Assembly: GCA_030704615.1 (NCBI GenBank)
Contig: CM060734.1
Span: 54,622,001-54,686,000, forward strand
Length of the DNA stretch: 64,000 nt
Direction of reading: 5' to 3'
From: Takakia lepidozioides
Taxonomy: Eukaryota; Plantae; Bryophyta
How positions within the stretch are numbered: position 1 is the first letter of the stretch; each line of letters begins with the position of its first letter. Positions 35,401 to 47,495 of the stretch are shown piece after piece. A model generated the notes under the pieces. That model was not told the DNA's origin, did no database searches, and saw nothing but the letters and a program-made list of their open reading frames with translations. A program made the translations under genes and the position numbers.

Positions 35401-36760
35401 TCAATTCAGTGTCAACGAATCGTGCATATCAAGAAGGTAATTCACAAGCTACTTTATCACATCGAATTGAACAACGACGTTTGTTCGGATTGGGATTACC
35501 TGAGACCACCACACCTGTCGGTTCAACCACTTCTCCAAACTGACTTGAGTGACTCTCAAAGGGAAACTATGCCGAATCTTTTCAGCGTCATTCGAGTTCC
35601 ATATTTTGAGCCACTCGACTTTCTCCTTGGGGCCTACGCAAGAGCCCACAATATACTGCAATTTTTCCAATGTCATGTCGCCTTTCTCATGAGGTGGGAC
35701 CTTGCTGTAGAATACCCCAACCTCAAACAAAAACCCTTCAGTAAGGCCGGGGTCACAAACCGCTGACATCTTCGCAACCTTGCTAAGCTGGTGCCGCCGT
35801 GCATCTGCCTCTGCTGTTTCCACAGCGACATCCAATCCCTTTTGGGTGAAATCATCTTTGTGAATTGCTTTGTAGGAAGCTGCAGCACTGCGCCCGCCTT
35901 GTCTGATCTCACTTGCACCCAAGAGCTCCGCCAATGCATTCTGGGTGAGATTACTCCACCCAGTGGCTCGAGTGAGGCACTTTTTGTAATCTTTGGCGGG
36001 CAAAAACGACCTGTATTTCTCAACCTTTGTGAGGGCTGTTTTGCGAAAGAAATAGAGGTCGTGGGCAAGGTTTTTCTTCACATGAGCCTCTGATGTGGCA
36101 CTGCACAACATAACAAAAGTGCCATTTGCGGTCGTTGGGATGGTTTTCTTGTATGTACTCCATCCAAGCTAGAAGACGATGGTTGCCGTCATAAACAAAC
36201 AACATCCGATTGGACATGAACTCCCATTGGGTATTAGCAATTGCAGCTTCGAAATCAACATTGGCTGCTTGCCAATGTTCATCCCAAGATGCCTTGATCT
36301 CCTCTGTAACCTTCTCCTCCTGGGAGTTGTCATTGGTCGCAGCCAACATGAATGCTCCCAAGGAGTCTATGTATCCATCATGAAAGAATTCTTGTAGATA
36401 GTCGATGTTGATTCTTTGAGGTATCCGGACAGCAGGCAGGTGTCTCAAGCGACAAAGAGGCACCGGGGGAGGAATTCCCTTGAATAACACCTCGTCCAGT
36501 GTTGCCAAGACATGGCGTTGAGCTCCTTGGACCAGAAGGGTGGCCGCCTCCTGCGCATCTTCCTTAGTTTTCAAGTAGGATTGGTGGCTTGCCATGGCAT
36601 CTGCCCCCGCAACTGGAAAGTTGTGAGGCTTCTGGGCACGATGAGGAGGGGGAGGGGCTTTGGATGTTGTAGAGATATGGGGAGAGCCCGGGTTGGCATC
36701 CATTAGGAGCTTCAATTGGACAGATTTTGCACTTTCGATGTGGTAAGAACGGGATACCAC
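32410..36760 (-). pseudogene. ParB/Srx-domain + beta-class N4/N6 DNA methyltransferase-like fusion gene, copy 2 (spliced, disrupted)
   Basis: VPLCRLRHLPAVRIP...FVYDGNHRLLAW (36164-36190), ADLVIVDIADG (34237-34251), WRGSKEK, and VFDFTAGTG|ASMVAARISGRNLYALE across GT-AG intron 32640-32734. In-frame TAA at 34513 and an apparent deletion near 36115. Confidence 0.82.
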
Positions 36761-38252
36761 CTACCTGCAAGGAGAATGCAAGAACTTATGGAGACTATCA
36801 AACCCCTAAAATGAGCGAGAGAGATAGGAGAGATGCTTACAAAACCGGGGGGGAAAAATGGCAAAGCTGACTATTGCACTCGTGTCGATTGTGCGAAACC
36901 TAAAGAGTGCAAAGAGAAAGCAAAGTGCAACTACAATTCCAACAGAGATTTAAAAAAAACTATCCCTTCCATGAAGAGAGGGGATGGGGAGGACGGAGGA
37001 AGAAACGAAACTGAAGCTGGAGAGCGGGAGAGACAAGACAAGCTCGATTTCATTCACTAGGATCTCACCGCAAAGCCTCCTCCACTCCAGGGCTTCTGTC
37101 TCTTGTCTATAATGCTGCTGGCTCATTGTTTCGCTTCTTTGTTGGTTCTTCGCCTCTGCTCACAAGTCTTCTTCCTCGGCCCTTCCATGCTTCGGATTCT
37201 TAGCTATTCCATTCGCGCGCGATGTGTTCTTCTCCCGTCTCTTCACCTCTGCGCAGACATGTAGTTTCGTTGTGGAAATTCGATCTGTCGAGGTCTCGAT
37301 TTCCTTGATGAAACGTTTTTGCGAATGATAAGTAAGACACGTAGGATAAGAATGCGTTTGACTTGAATCGTGTAGGAGTGAATCAGCGAAACTCTTTCCT
37401 GCGCCACAATCTTAACTGAATGTGCATTTGTCAACGGTAAATCGGGGTTACAGCGATGCTTGTGAGCTTGAGGTACTGCACATCTCGCTGGAATTGGTGT
37501 GATGAATTTATCCCGAGTTTCATAGAGAAGATGCGATTGTATTCAGGATTTTGGATGGTGATGGGGTGCGGCGAGCTTCTCACATCTTTCAGTAGAGGGC
37601 GACGGGTGGTGATTGGTGATGATTGATGAGAACCAGAACCAATGCTCCGTGATAAATAATCAACAATCAATCATTCAATCAATCGGATTCTAGCTCATTC
37701 TATTCTGAATCAAAGGCAAGTAGCTATGGATGTTCATTCGATTGGACTCTTCACCCCAGAAACTCGGTGCAACCTTCATCATGTCTGTGAAGTATGCACA
37801 GTCCAATCCAGTTATAAAAGTCCTTCATTTGAATACAAGCATCATTCATCGAGTGATGAATTCAACGGCCTTGCATTGGGTTGTCCTTGAACCGGTTCAG
37901 TACTAAGCACATACCCTGCAGGGAAAACGATAATCAACAGCTTTACCTTCAACATATTGAACTTGAAGCATATGGAGTTCTAAAAACAGCCAGATTCTGG
38001 AAACTGCAATCAACATACAAGAGTGAAGTCAAGAAAAGAGAAGACTTACCGTCCATGGTCCTCGTAATGGTATTACTGACAAAAACCCAATGGAGATCTC
38101 CGGTGAAGACTCAAGCTTGCAATTTGCATGACTGTTAAGAGGATGCTTTGATCAAGAGGTGTGGGCGACACTTCTACAACAGTGGAGGAGCTTCGGACCT
38201 TGCGAAAGGTCTAACTTGACTAGCACCAGTGTGGTGTCGACGAAGAAGTTTA

Positions 38253-41200
38253 CTAGCTGTGGACATTTTCAGACATCAACATTGTGCTGCCCCTGCAGAT
38301 TCTCCAGGTTCGGTCACTGCTGCGCTGCAGCTCGTATCGTGCTCGGTAGGTACTGCAATCCGCAGCCAACAGAAGATCAGGCATCATAATTATGGAGGAA
38401 TTGGCATGCGGCAGAACCAGGATGGAGCGGAGACTTATTGGGATAAGACAGAAGAGCCACACCAGGAGAGAGGGAGGTAGTAGAGGGATCCATAGGATGG
38501 CATGACAAAACAATGACACTTGGGCTTGGTAGTTCTCACTAACAGTCGCTTTTTTCCTTTTCGTATCTGCAAGTCACTGGCATCCTTACGTTTTAGCCAC
38601 CTCACCTGTAGTAATTTGGATTTTTTACAGCCTTGTCCTCCACAAGTTCGGCAGCTTCTTCCAGGATTGCCTCGACCTCTGCACTCTCCCATCCTTCCTC
38701 GTCCACCACAATATCGGCATGCACAATTTGAAGCTGGAGAAGCATAAACCTCCAATGACAGGACCCTTGCTTTGCCTCCTCAGCCAGTGTTTGCCACTGT
38801 TTCACCATACAGGCACAAAAGGAAACTCTCTATATAAGAGAACTACATGTACACAAGGAATTATGCACTTTGAAATCGAACTCAACCTTTTTTCTAGGCC
38901 TTTGATATGAGAAACCCACAAGACATTGCAGGAATGACGAACAATGTGGAAACACCATCCTATGCCTCTTGTTTCAAAACAAGGACCAGGAGAACCTACA
39001 AATGAATCAGGTGTCCTGAATTTCAAGTGTTTTCAACCACGCTCCACCTGGTGAGGAAGAGTGAAGGCACAGGTCATTATATTTACAAATTCGTGAAATT
39101 GGGCACGACAGATCACCTCCATTGATCGTCCCACAAATGACCAATACTGTTGCAATTAATCATGAGTACCTGCAAGAGCATGGGGTCCCCAAGGCTTTCT
39201 GAGAGGCGGTCAGTCACATGAGCTGGCCCTAGTGCATCAGCTTTCACTCTCTGCCACTTCTGTACAAGTATCTCAGCTTCGTCAACAGCCATGGATCTTC
39301 GTCTGCTCCTTGCTCCAGTTCTTCCCCTTGCAACTCCCCATTTTCCATCATGCAACCTTGGCCCAGTCGAGGCCTCATGGCAGGCCAAGCATTGCTTGCT
39401 GCCAAACATTTGCTCTTGAAAAGATGGTTCTTGCTGTGATTCATCCAAACGCACCTTATCAACTACCCCACTCACCATATCACTTGAAGAGGTTGTTTCT
39501 CTCTGGTTATCCATAATACTGCCTGTGTCTAGCCTGTCACAGTATGCTACATTAGCAGTGGCACTCACAAATGGTGAATGTACATAGGTATTGCGATCAA
39601 GTAGCCTTCGTTGTTGAAAATAGATCACAGCTGCGGTTGAGCTTGCAAGCACTGCAAATACAACAGCCTTTCTAGCCATCTTTCCAAGGTTCCACTGTCT
39701 CTCAGGAATGATCCTTCCACTTCTTGATGGCATGTACCCACTTTGCTTCATAGTCTGCCTCATCTGATCATTGATAGCTTGACCAATTCCTACTTCAGTG
39801 TCACTGAGTTGTGTGCGGCACCTGTTATCTAGCTGATTAGAGGGCCCATGTTGAAAAATCTTGCTGGAAGAGATCGTAGTTGCAGCAAGGGAGGATATTG
39901 GTCCCATGTCCGACAATTGTAGCTGTTTGGACTGCCCATGGGGCTGCTGGGAGGAGCTGCATAACCCTGGACAGTCAATTGTGAGCTTCTGCAATCCAAA
40001 ATTTTGCTCCTGACAAAGATCTGGCATAATTTTTGCAACCTTTGAGGGGACATCATTAGATTTCGTCGAATAATTTTGGCTTGGTGTAGCCTTTGCTGAA
40101 AGGTTACAGAGCGACGTTGTTTTGTTCGAAGAGGAGGTGGGTATTTTGATCTCAGCAGTTCCCAGTTTGGCTATGCTTGGAAGACCCCCATAGGTACTTA
40201 AGTAGCTCTGTACTTCAGGTGCCTCATAGTACTGGACCTGCATGAATTCATAAGGTCAGCTTTCTTGCTCAACTGAGAGAGGAAACAATGGGAAGGGGAA
40301 GTCGTACCCTACAAAAAGGACTACAACCAAGGATGCAGTGGCTGCTACTCGTGGGAAGAATAGGTGCTGTTCTATAGGTCACAGAAATGTTGGATAGAAC
40401 AGTTTTAGGCTTCCAAATAAGTGCGCCATCATACAGCACAACATGTTCCCTTGTCTATATGGTCTTTTTATGGATTCCCACCAGATGTCTGTCATCCCCT
40501 CTCCATTTTACTTATTGGTTAGATGTAACAACTTGTTGGGGCTGTACCATGACCACGCTTACTACGCTTACCAGTGATGGTAGGCACCTGCAGGTATCTG
40601 GAAAAGACCCAAGGGCTACTTCCTTTAGCCATCGTTCCTGCAAAAAGTACACCAATTGCAGATGAGTTCCAAATGCAGCAGGGTCACTTCATGGGTTCCC
40701 ACAGTTGCAACTTCAAGAGAAACACAAAGGTGAGCAGCTATGGTAGATGTACAGAGGTTTTCATCCAGGGTGGTCTATGATCACAGAATTCTTTTCTAGT
40801 GAATTCAGCAGAGCCAAATTTCATTGCTGGCAAGATGAAAAATTACCGCAACAAAGCACAGGCCTGCAAGATCACTGTCAGCATCCACTGAGTGCAAGCT
40901 GCATTCGTTTATTAACTGCAGGGCTTCCATGCAAGGATCCTTTTGCCAAGCTTGCTCTGACACTGACAAGTCTCGATGGCCAAATCTACCAAGTCCTTCT
41001 GTTAACCAACCAAAGGCCAAGTCTGTCTGCACCACCACCATTGACTCGGTTCTTTATAGCGATAAAAAAAGTTCAAGAAGTGCAGTTTACATCCTAAGCA
41101 CTACACTTGATCCTAGTATCCTACAGAATCAATAAAAGTAGGTCAACATTTCTACTGCACACTAAATGCATTCAAAACAAACCTCCAACATAGATGTACC

Positions 41201-44200
41201 TTATTGAAAGTATATCAGTGATACATCCACAACAAGCAAGCTTCTCACACATGGTCATGTCATCGATTGAAGTGAAAATGCAAATACAAATGCATGGCAA
41301 TCACTGATTGTTCCATCTTGATGTCATGAGGTTGCAGCCTATTCTGCATATACCAAAGGCTTTTACGGGTAACTCAACCATAGGTCAGTCTTGTGACCTC
41401 ACTGACAAAAACCAACCATGATTACTTGAGAATATATGACTGCAAGTAGAAGCCAAGGACTGCAAAACATAATGAAAACCGGTTCTTGCCTTGCCGAGAA
41501 GAAAAGCACAGATCGCGCGCTCCAACCGAAGGTCAACTGCTTCAGCCATTACCATGCCTGCCATTTTATCTGCTTTTTCTACCTGCTCAGCTCAGTTACA
41601 CAATGCCAGACGAGTTTGTGAATTTGCATGAAAATGGAACAGACACTTGTCAGAGAGACAACCTAAGAGAGATTACTGTAGCCATATACTAAAGGTTTTT
41701 TTTTAAAAGCAAAAGTAAGGGGAGGATGTCTGCAAGGTTGACAACCTTCTAATAAAGATGGCCTTCTAAGTCAAGAGTTTCTCTTCAAGAAGTTCATTTG
41801 AAGCATACCAAATGAGGCGCTCTAGTGTTGAAGCCAGCTGCAATGTGTGCAATCAAGGCCGTATAGAGGCAATCAACACTCAGAGCTGCACGCTGCAACT
41901 GGACTTCAAGACTGTCTTCAGCCAGACGAAGAGTAATGAGGGCTTCCCAAGGAAGTAATTGCAGAATCTCATCTGCATGTAGTTTCCCCATGGCCAAATG
42001 AAGGAATGAGTCCCAGTCATGGATGCTGCAAGCTGGATCACCTGAAAGCTTCTGCCGAACAAACTCACCCAACGCAGCAAGGGCCCCATCTCTGCGTTCC
42101 TTGCTGTCCGGTGTCCGGGGCAATCCTAGATGCTCTAGAGTGCAGGCTGGTGCCATTCCTTCAAGTGATGCTTCAATCTGCAAATTACTTCTTGGACTCA
42201 GCTTTCAGAAAATGAAAGTTTTCCTGTACGGGATGAAGGGTTACATAAAAACAAAAGAATGTTGTAATTCTTCCTCTTCTTTATATCCTGTTGATTGTAG
42301 GTTATTCATGCCTTGAGGGTAAGCACTCCAATGTGGTTTAATGGATAAGCGAATCTCTGTTCTCAAATTCATTTTCACAATCTACTTAGAATCATAACTG
42401 AATAGAGGCCTGCATCAATCGTGTTGCCTGATTAATTTCAACATAGCAAGATGTCAAAGCCTCCAATGGCATTTTTCTCTTGCACAGCCTGTTGAACCTT
42501 ACCTCTGCAATAAGTTTCACGTCCCCAAGTGTTGCTGGACCCCTCTTCAGCAGGGCATGTGCTCGCACCAGAGCTTCAAAACCTTCAGCTACACAGCTCT
42601 TCTCAAAGGCAAGTCTTGCCAATGAACACTGCAACAGTACAACCACAGCCAAAACTTGGTACTACTAAAATTGCCCATATTATTAGTGAGTGTGCAGTTC
42701 ACTTCACATAATATTTACGGTTAGCCCCGGAGATCTGGCTAAAGAAGATGTGTCACGGCCAAAGCCTATTCCTTGATCTGCTTCTATCCCCAGTATGCAA
42801 TTCCTGTAACATGGTGAATAGCACATCATTGGACCATGATGTCATTGCCAGAAATCGTGTGGGAAGACTCCAGCAACACAAATATGGCCTCTTGGACAAC
42901 TCTTCAGGCATGTGGCTGCAGTATGCCCCAGCAACAATTTGAAGATAATCTTCAGACAAACTTGAGATTACAGTGCTCAGCAGAATTTTTGTCGGATACT
43001 CTTCTGGCATATCCTGCAGAAATCCTCAGAAACATCACTAATGCACAGGGGAGGGAGAGAGCTTACTTGACTAAGCGCCATAGCAAGCAGTATGTCATGG
43101 TGATAGGCTTTGGTAGCTGCTTCTTTCAAGGCAGCATGACCAACGTTCATCACTGTCTTTGCTTCGCCCACCTGTCCACACCAAGCAAGTCCTCATTACA
43201 TTGTGATTGGTCTTCACGTTCAACAATGAAGGCATGCTAGTGGTAACCTTTGCTTTCAAATATTCACTGTATGGGCAATCACAAGGCCAATGAAAAAAAA
43301 GACAGAAGTTTATGCAGGAAGCCATGAGAGGGGATGAGCCTACCTGTTCCAAAAGCGCAAGAGCACCAGGAAGCCAGGCCCATGGAATGGACAAGAAAGC
43401 GCTTGGTGAATACACTCCTCTTGAGGCAGCTCTAGAATCCCTTCCGCGTTTAGGAGTGTCCCCAAGCAGCCTTGATCTCACATAATCTAGAACTTCCTGG
43501 GATCACAGAGACCTATCCCACTTCAACTGTCTCCTTCTACGAGTAATTTTGTACAAAAGCAACTTATTTTGTGCAAGGTGGAATGATTCAGACTTGGTTA
43601 CCTCCTGTGACGTTTGATGCCAAATACATCTTCTTTACTTTTTGCACCACTTAAAGACAAAGTGTGGATCTCACTAACACATGGACGATTCTGAATCTGT
43701 TTGCACATACAGAACATGACCTGCACTGAAAAAACCAAATGATTATGGACAGCACCTGACGTGAGAGGCGGGCTGCCGTTGTGTATGCATCTTCAATCTC
43801 CAATGCCCTGAGTTCCTGGTGGGCTTGCACAATATCATCTCTGCACACTCCTTCTGGCAAACCCAAGACCTGCGCAACATTCCGAATTGTAAGTAACGAG
43901 GACTCTCTCCTAGACCATCAGAATATCGCAAGCTTGGATTTCGGACCACAATGATTACTTCATTGGGCCCAGATATTATAAGAGAACTTTTCACGCACAA
44001 AGAAAATGAAGATTAGTAAGGACCACAGTACCCAGACAAAGTAGAACTATACGAGGAAACTGGAAGGCTAGAGAACACAATCAAAAGCCAATGGCAGGAA
44101 GTCCATGCTACTCGAATGCAGTTGAAGCTGCAGGTAGGGAGCTGGATGGAGACATGCAAAAGCAGCCATTAGTGCCACTCTCAGGTGGATCCTCCCTGCA

Positions 44201-44522
44201 TTGACCTTTTCCCTTTATCCAACATAGTAGTGCTGCACACACGTACCTCATAATAGCCAATAGGAATGGTGACAGCAGCCGGAGCGACTTCATGAGCTGG
44301 GGTCGGCAGGCGATCAATGAAAGGATTCGTCTTCTTCACAACATGCCTTTGAGGCCTAGCACTGACAGCTTCAAATCGACCACCAAGCATCAGAACGTTA
44401 AATTGTAGCCAATGATGATGTCTGGGCATTGTGGGCATGAATGCCCACCTGTTTGGTAGAATCATGTGTCCCCATTGACTGGTTTGAGAAATCCCACTCA
44501 ATAAAAAATTGGACATGTGCAT
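38253..44522 (-). CDS. PARC6: Plastid division protein PARC6/CDP1 (multi-exon)
   Basis: VTIPIGYYE, LSIPWAWLPGALALLEQVG, YHHDILLAMALS, AEGFEALVRA, IEASLEGMAPACTLEHLGLPRTP and a TM segment. DUF4101 region EAEILVQKWQRVKADALGP...AEVEAILEEAAELV...NPNYY|STYRARYEL. The start codon is tentative. Confidence 0.92.
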
Positions 44523-44989
44523 TGTTTCAGATGCTAGATGCCTCCCGATTGCCTGTGTAACTACACAAGCTAAAAATTGGGTCCAAGCATGTCGCCCTTG
44601 CTCCTTGGACCCTGTAGGCCTTTATGACTAAGCGCTGCGGACTTCAAGGTGGGTTCTGGAACGGGTGCTTGAGGGGCACATCGGTGAAATCGAATCTTGA
44701 AACTGCGATGTATGAATGCCAATAATTTGAAATGTCACTGGAAGCCTGCATGGTGATAAAAGCCGTAGAGCGTTACAGCTTGAGCTACCACCACATGCAT
44801 GCCTACAATCACAGATTTGCACAGGTATGGCTTGCTGCTGCTGGGTTACCAGATTCAACTTCCACCTACTCAAGAATTCGAAGAGACCCGTAGCCTCTGA
44901 GAAATGGCTTGCATGTGGGGTGGAGAAATGAAATGAAATGGTACTTCATAACGTCCGCTGAAAGATCAAGCGACAGTGAGTGTGTGTGT

Positions 44990-45090
<101 letters not shown>

Positions 45091-45305
45091 ATGCAGAGAA
45101 AAAGAAAATGGATAAAGCCTGCATTCCCAGCAACAACCCAAATAACAAAGAACCCCAGAAGCTTCGATTAGATCCAAGGAGCTCAAGAAGACGACCAAAT
45201 TAGAAGGGCAGGAGAAGAGAGGAGACAAAAATAGAGAGAAACAGCAGTTGGCGGGAACATGCGCTCCTTCAAAGACGCACAGTAAGCAGACACCCGCGTT
45301 TTTTC

Positions 45306-46206
45306 CAGTGTTGGGCGGTTACCCGCCTGGGCCCCGGGTAACCGCCGGTTCCGGTTCCGGTTATGTGGAACCGGACCGGAACCGGACCCGCCTGTGCAGA
45401 ACCGGAACCGGAACCGGAACCGCTCATTGGGGATTGTGTGGGAACCGGAACCGGCGGTTCCAGGTACGACCACATGTGTGGGAACCGGCGGTTCCAGCTC
45501 CAAAGCGGTTCCGGTTCCGGTCCACCCGTGGGCTGTAGCCCTAAATGTCTCTAGTACCTACCAAAGCGCTTCTAAGTCCGGTTCTTGGTTCTTGACCCCT
45601 TGGTGGGGTGGGCCCAGGGAAAAACTTATTTAATGCTCTTAAGCTCCTGAGATCCTGGGTTCAATGCTTGAAGGCCATGAGATTCTATGTTCAATGCTTC
45701 AGCGCCATGAGATCTTGGGTTCAATCTCCAGCTCCATGATATCCTGGCTAAGTTCATTAATAAAATGTTTGAAGATGCCAATACTTGCCAGGTAGCTGAA
45801 TAGTACTTTCAACCCATAAAATTTTACCCATTTTCTTCTACCAGTTTATTTAGAGTATTTTTGTTTGTTTTTTTGTGTTAGTGAAAACTAACAAAATCGT
45901 TGGATTTTAGTTCAAATATGTGAATACACTGCTATTTAATCTATCGGACTGATAAAATATTTTAAATCTAATTAAATTAAACAAATATATTTTAAAAATA
46001 GAACCGGAACCTAACCGGAACCGATGGTTTTTATCAGCAACTAACCGGTAACCGGAACCGCCCCCATGTTTAAAAGTTGGATCCGGAACCGGACCGGAAC
46101 CGGCTCAATAAAAAAAAACCGGAACCGGATCCGGAACCGTCTCTTGAAATAATTTTGGAACCGGAACCGAAGGTTCCTTCACAAATGCAAGAACCGCCCA
46201 ACACTG
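45306..46206. mobile_element. Non-autonomous hAT element (MITE), 901 bp
   Basis: Perfect 15-bp TIR CAGTGTTGGGCGGTT / AACCGCCCAACACTG. 8-bp TSD GTTTTTTC at 45298-45305 and 46207-46214. Dense subterminal AACCGG repeats at both ends. Confidence 0.95.
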
Positions 46207-46314
46207 GTTTTTTCCGAGCATCCATGTAAGGTACTACCATACCACAAATTGAGATGGCAGAATAGCACTATACTACATGATATAAGTAAAGATGTACACA
46301 AACCTGTTCACTTG

Positions 46315-46387
46315 AGTTCCGTAGTGTAGTGGTTATCACGTTCGCTTTACACGCGAAAGGTCGCGGGTTCGAAACCCGTCGGAACTA
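46315..46387 (+). tRNA. tRNA-Val (TAC)
   Basis: Acceptor stem AGTTCCG/CGGAACT, D arm GTGTAGTGGTTATCAC, anticodon stem TTCGC/GCGAA with loop TTTACAC, T loop GTTCGAA. 73 nt. Confidence 0.95.
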
Positions 46388-47495
46388 CTGTTCCTAAGGT
46401 ACTTTTCTGCTGCTTCCTAGTATTGTGTATAATTCTTTTTGTATGCATGCAACTGCATTCCTGTTACCAAGTGCAGAACACAGAAGTGGAGTAAGAAAAT
46501 GCTGCAAGGAAGAGGAAGAGGGAGAGACAGAGGAAGAAAGCCTCCACAAATTAGGAAGAGGGAGGCAGGAATGAAGGAGACAAGCTTTTCACCTGGTGGG
46601 CTGCTAGATTCAGACAAGCAAACAGTCGCTTCATTTTCAAAACATTTAAAAAGATTTGAAGACAACCAGTATGGACTATGGACATGATTCTGACATCGTA
46701 GCTGATCAGCAGAGCAGCCAACTCTCATATTGGTGCACCAGCCCAAAACATTCACTTGTAGATCATTAGGTGGACCCACATACATTCTTTATAACACATG
46801 CCTCCTTACACTAGGACTTGTCAAGCAACTCTCTACACTACATTGCTCAATAAGACCAGGATTGCCAGGATTGCCAGTCTCAACACAGTATTCCATCATG
46901 TCAGGATTGTCATCAGCCTCAGGATTCTGGTCTTTGTCTGCTACAGGGTCATAATCTGAGTCCGATTCTGCATCTGAATCATATAACTCATATTGAGTGT
47001 TCACCTGTACATTTTACATTCAGATATACTATCCATTCTGCAGCACTGGCAATAATATCTATGTGGAAACCTTTTCGACGACATCCTCAATAGCAATTAC
47101 AGTAGACAAGATGTCTCCTAGTAGCATCAGTAAACAGTCTTGTATCATGTTACACAGCTCCACCCATCAAATCAATGTTTCTCCCTCCAATCCCGGAGGT
47201 AGTGATGGTGAGAGCCCCCTTGTCATTCAAGGGTGTTTGTTTTGTTGCCAAGATGCTTTGCTCACCACAGCTTCTGCTGCATACTGTGCAAGGCAAACAT
47301 GAGACCTTGTAAGAGAATGTGGATGACACATACTGTGCATGAAACATGAGACCTTGTGAAGATTGAGGACGTTAGGGAAAGCAGTTGTAGACGGTGAGTC
47401 AAAACACCCAGAGCATTGGCTATGCAGAACCTACCACCATGGTACTCACCCACAGTAGTATATTAAGATTGAGTACATAGGACACCCGGTGTGCT

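Noticed and set aside
38435-38755. DnaJ-like CxxCxGxG zinc-finger ORF
   Set aside because: Alternative frame of a PARC6 DUF4101 exon.
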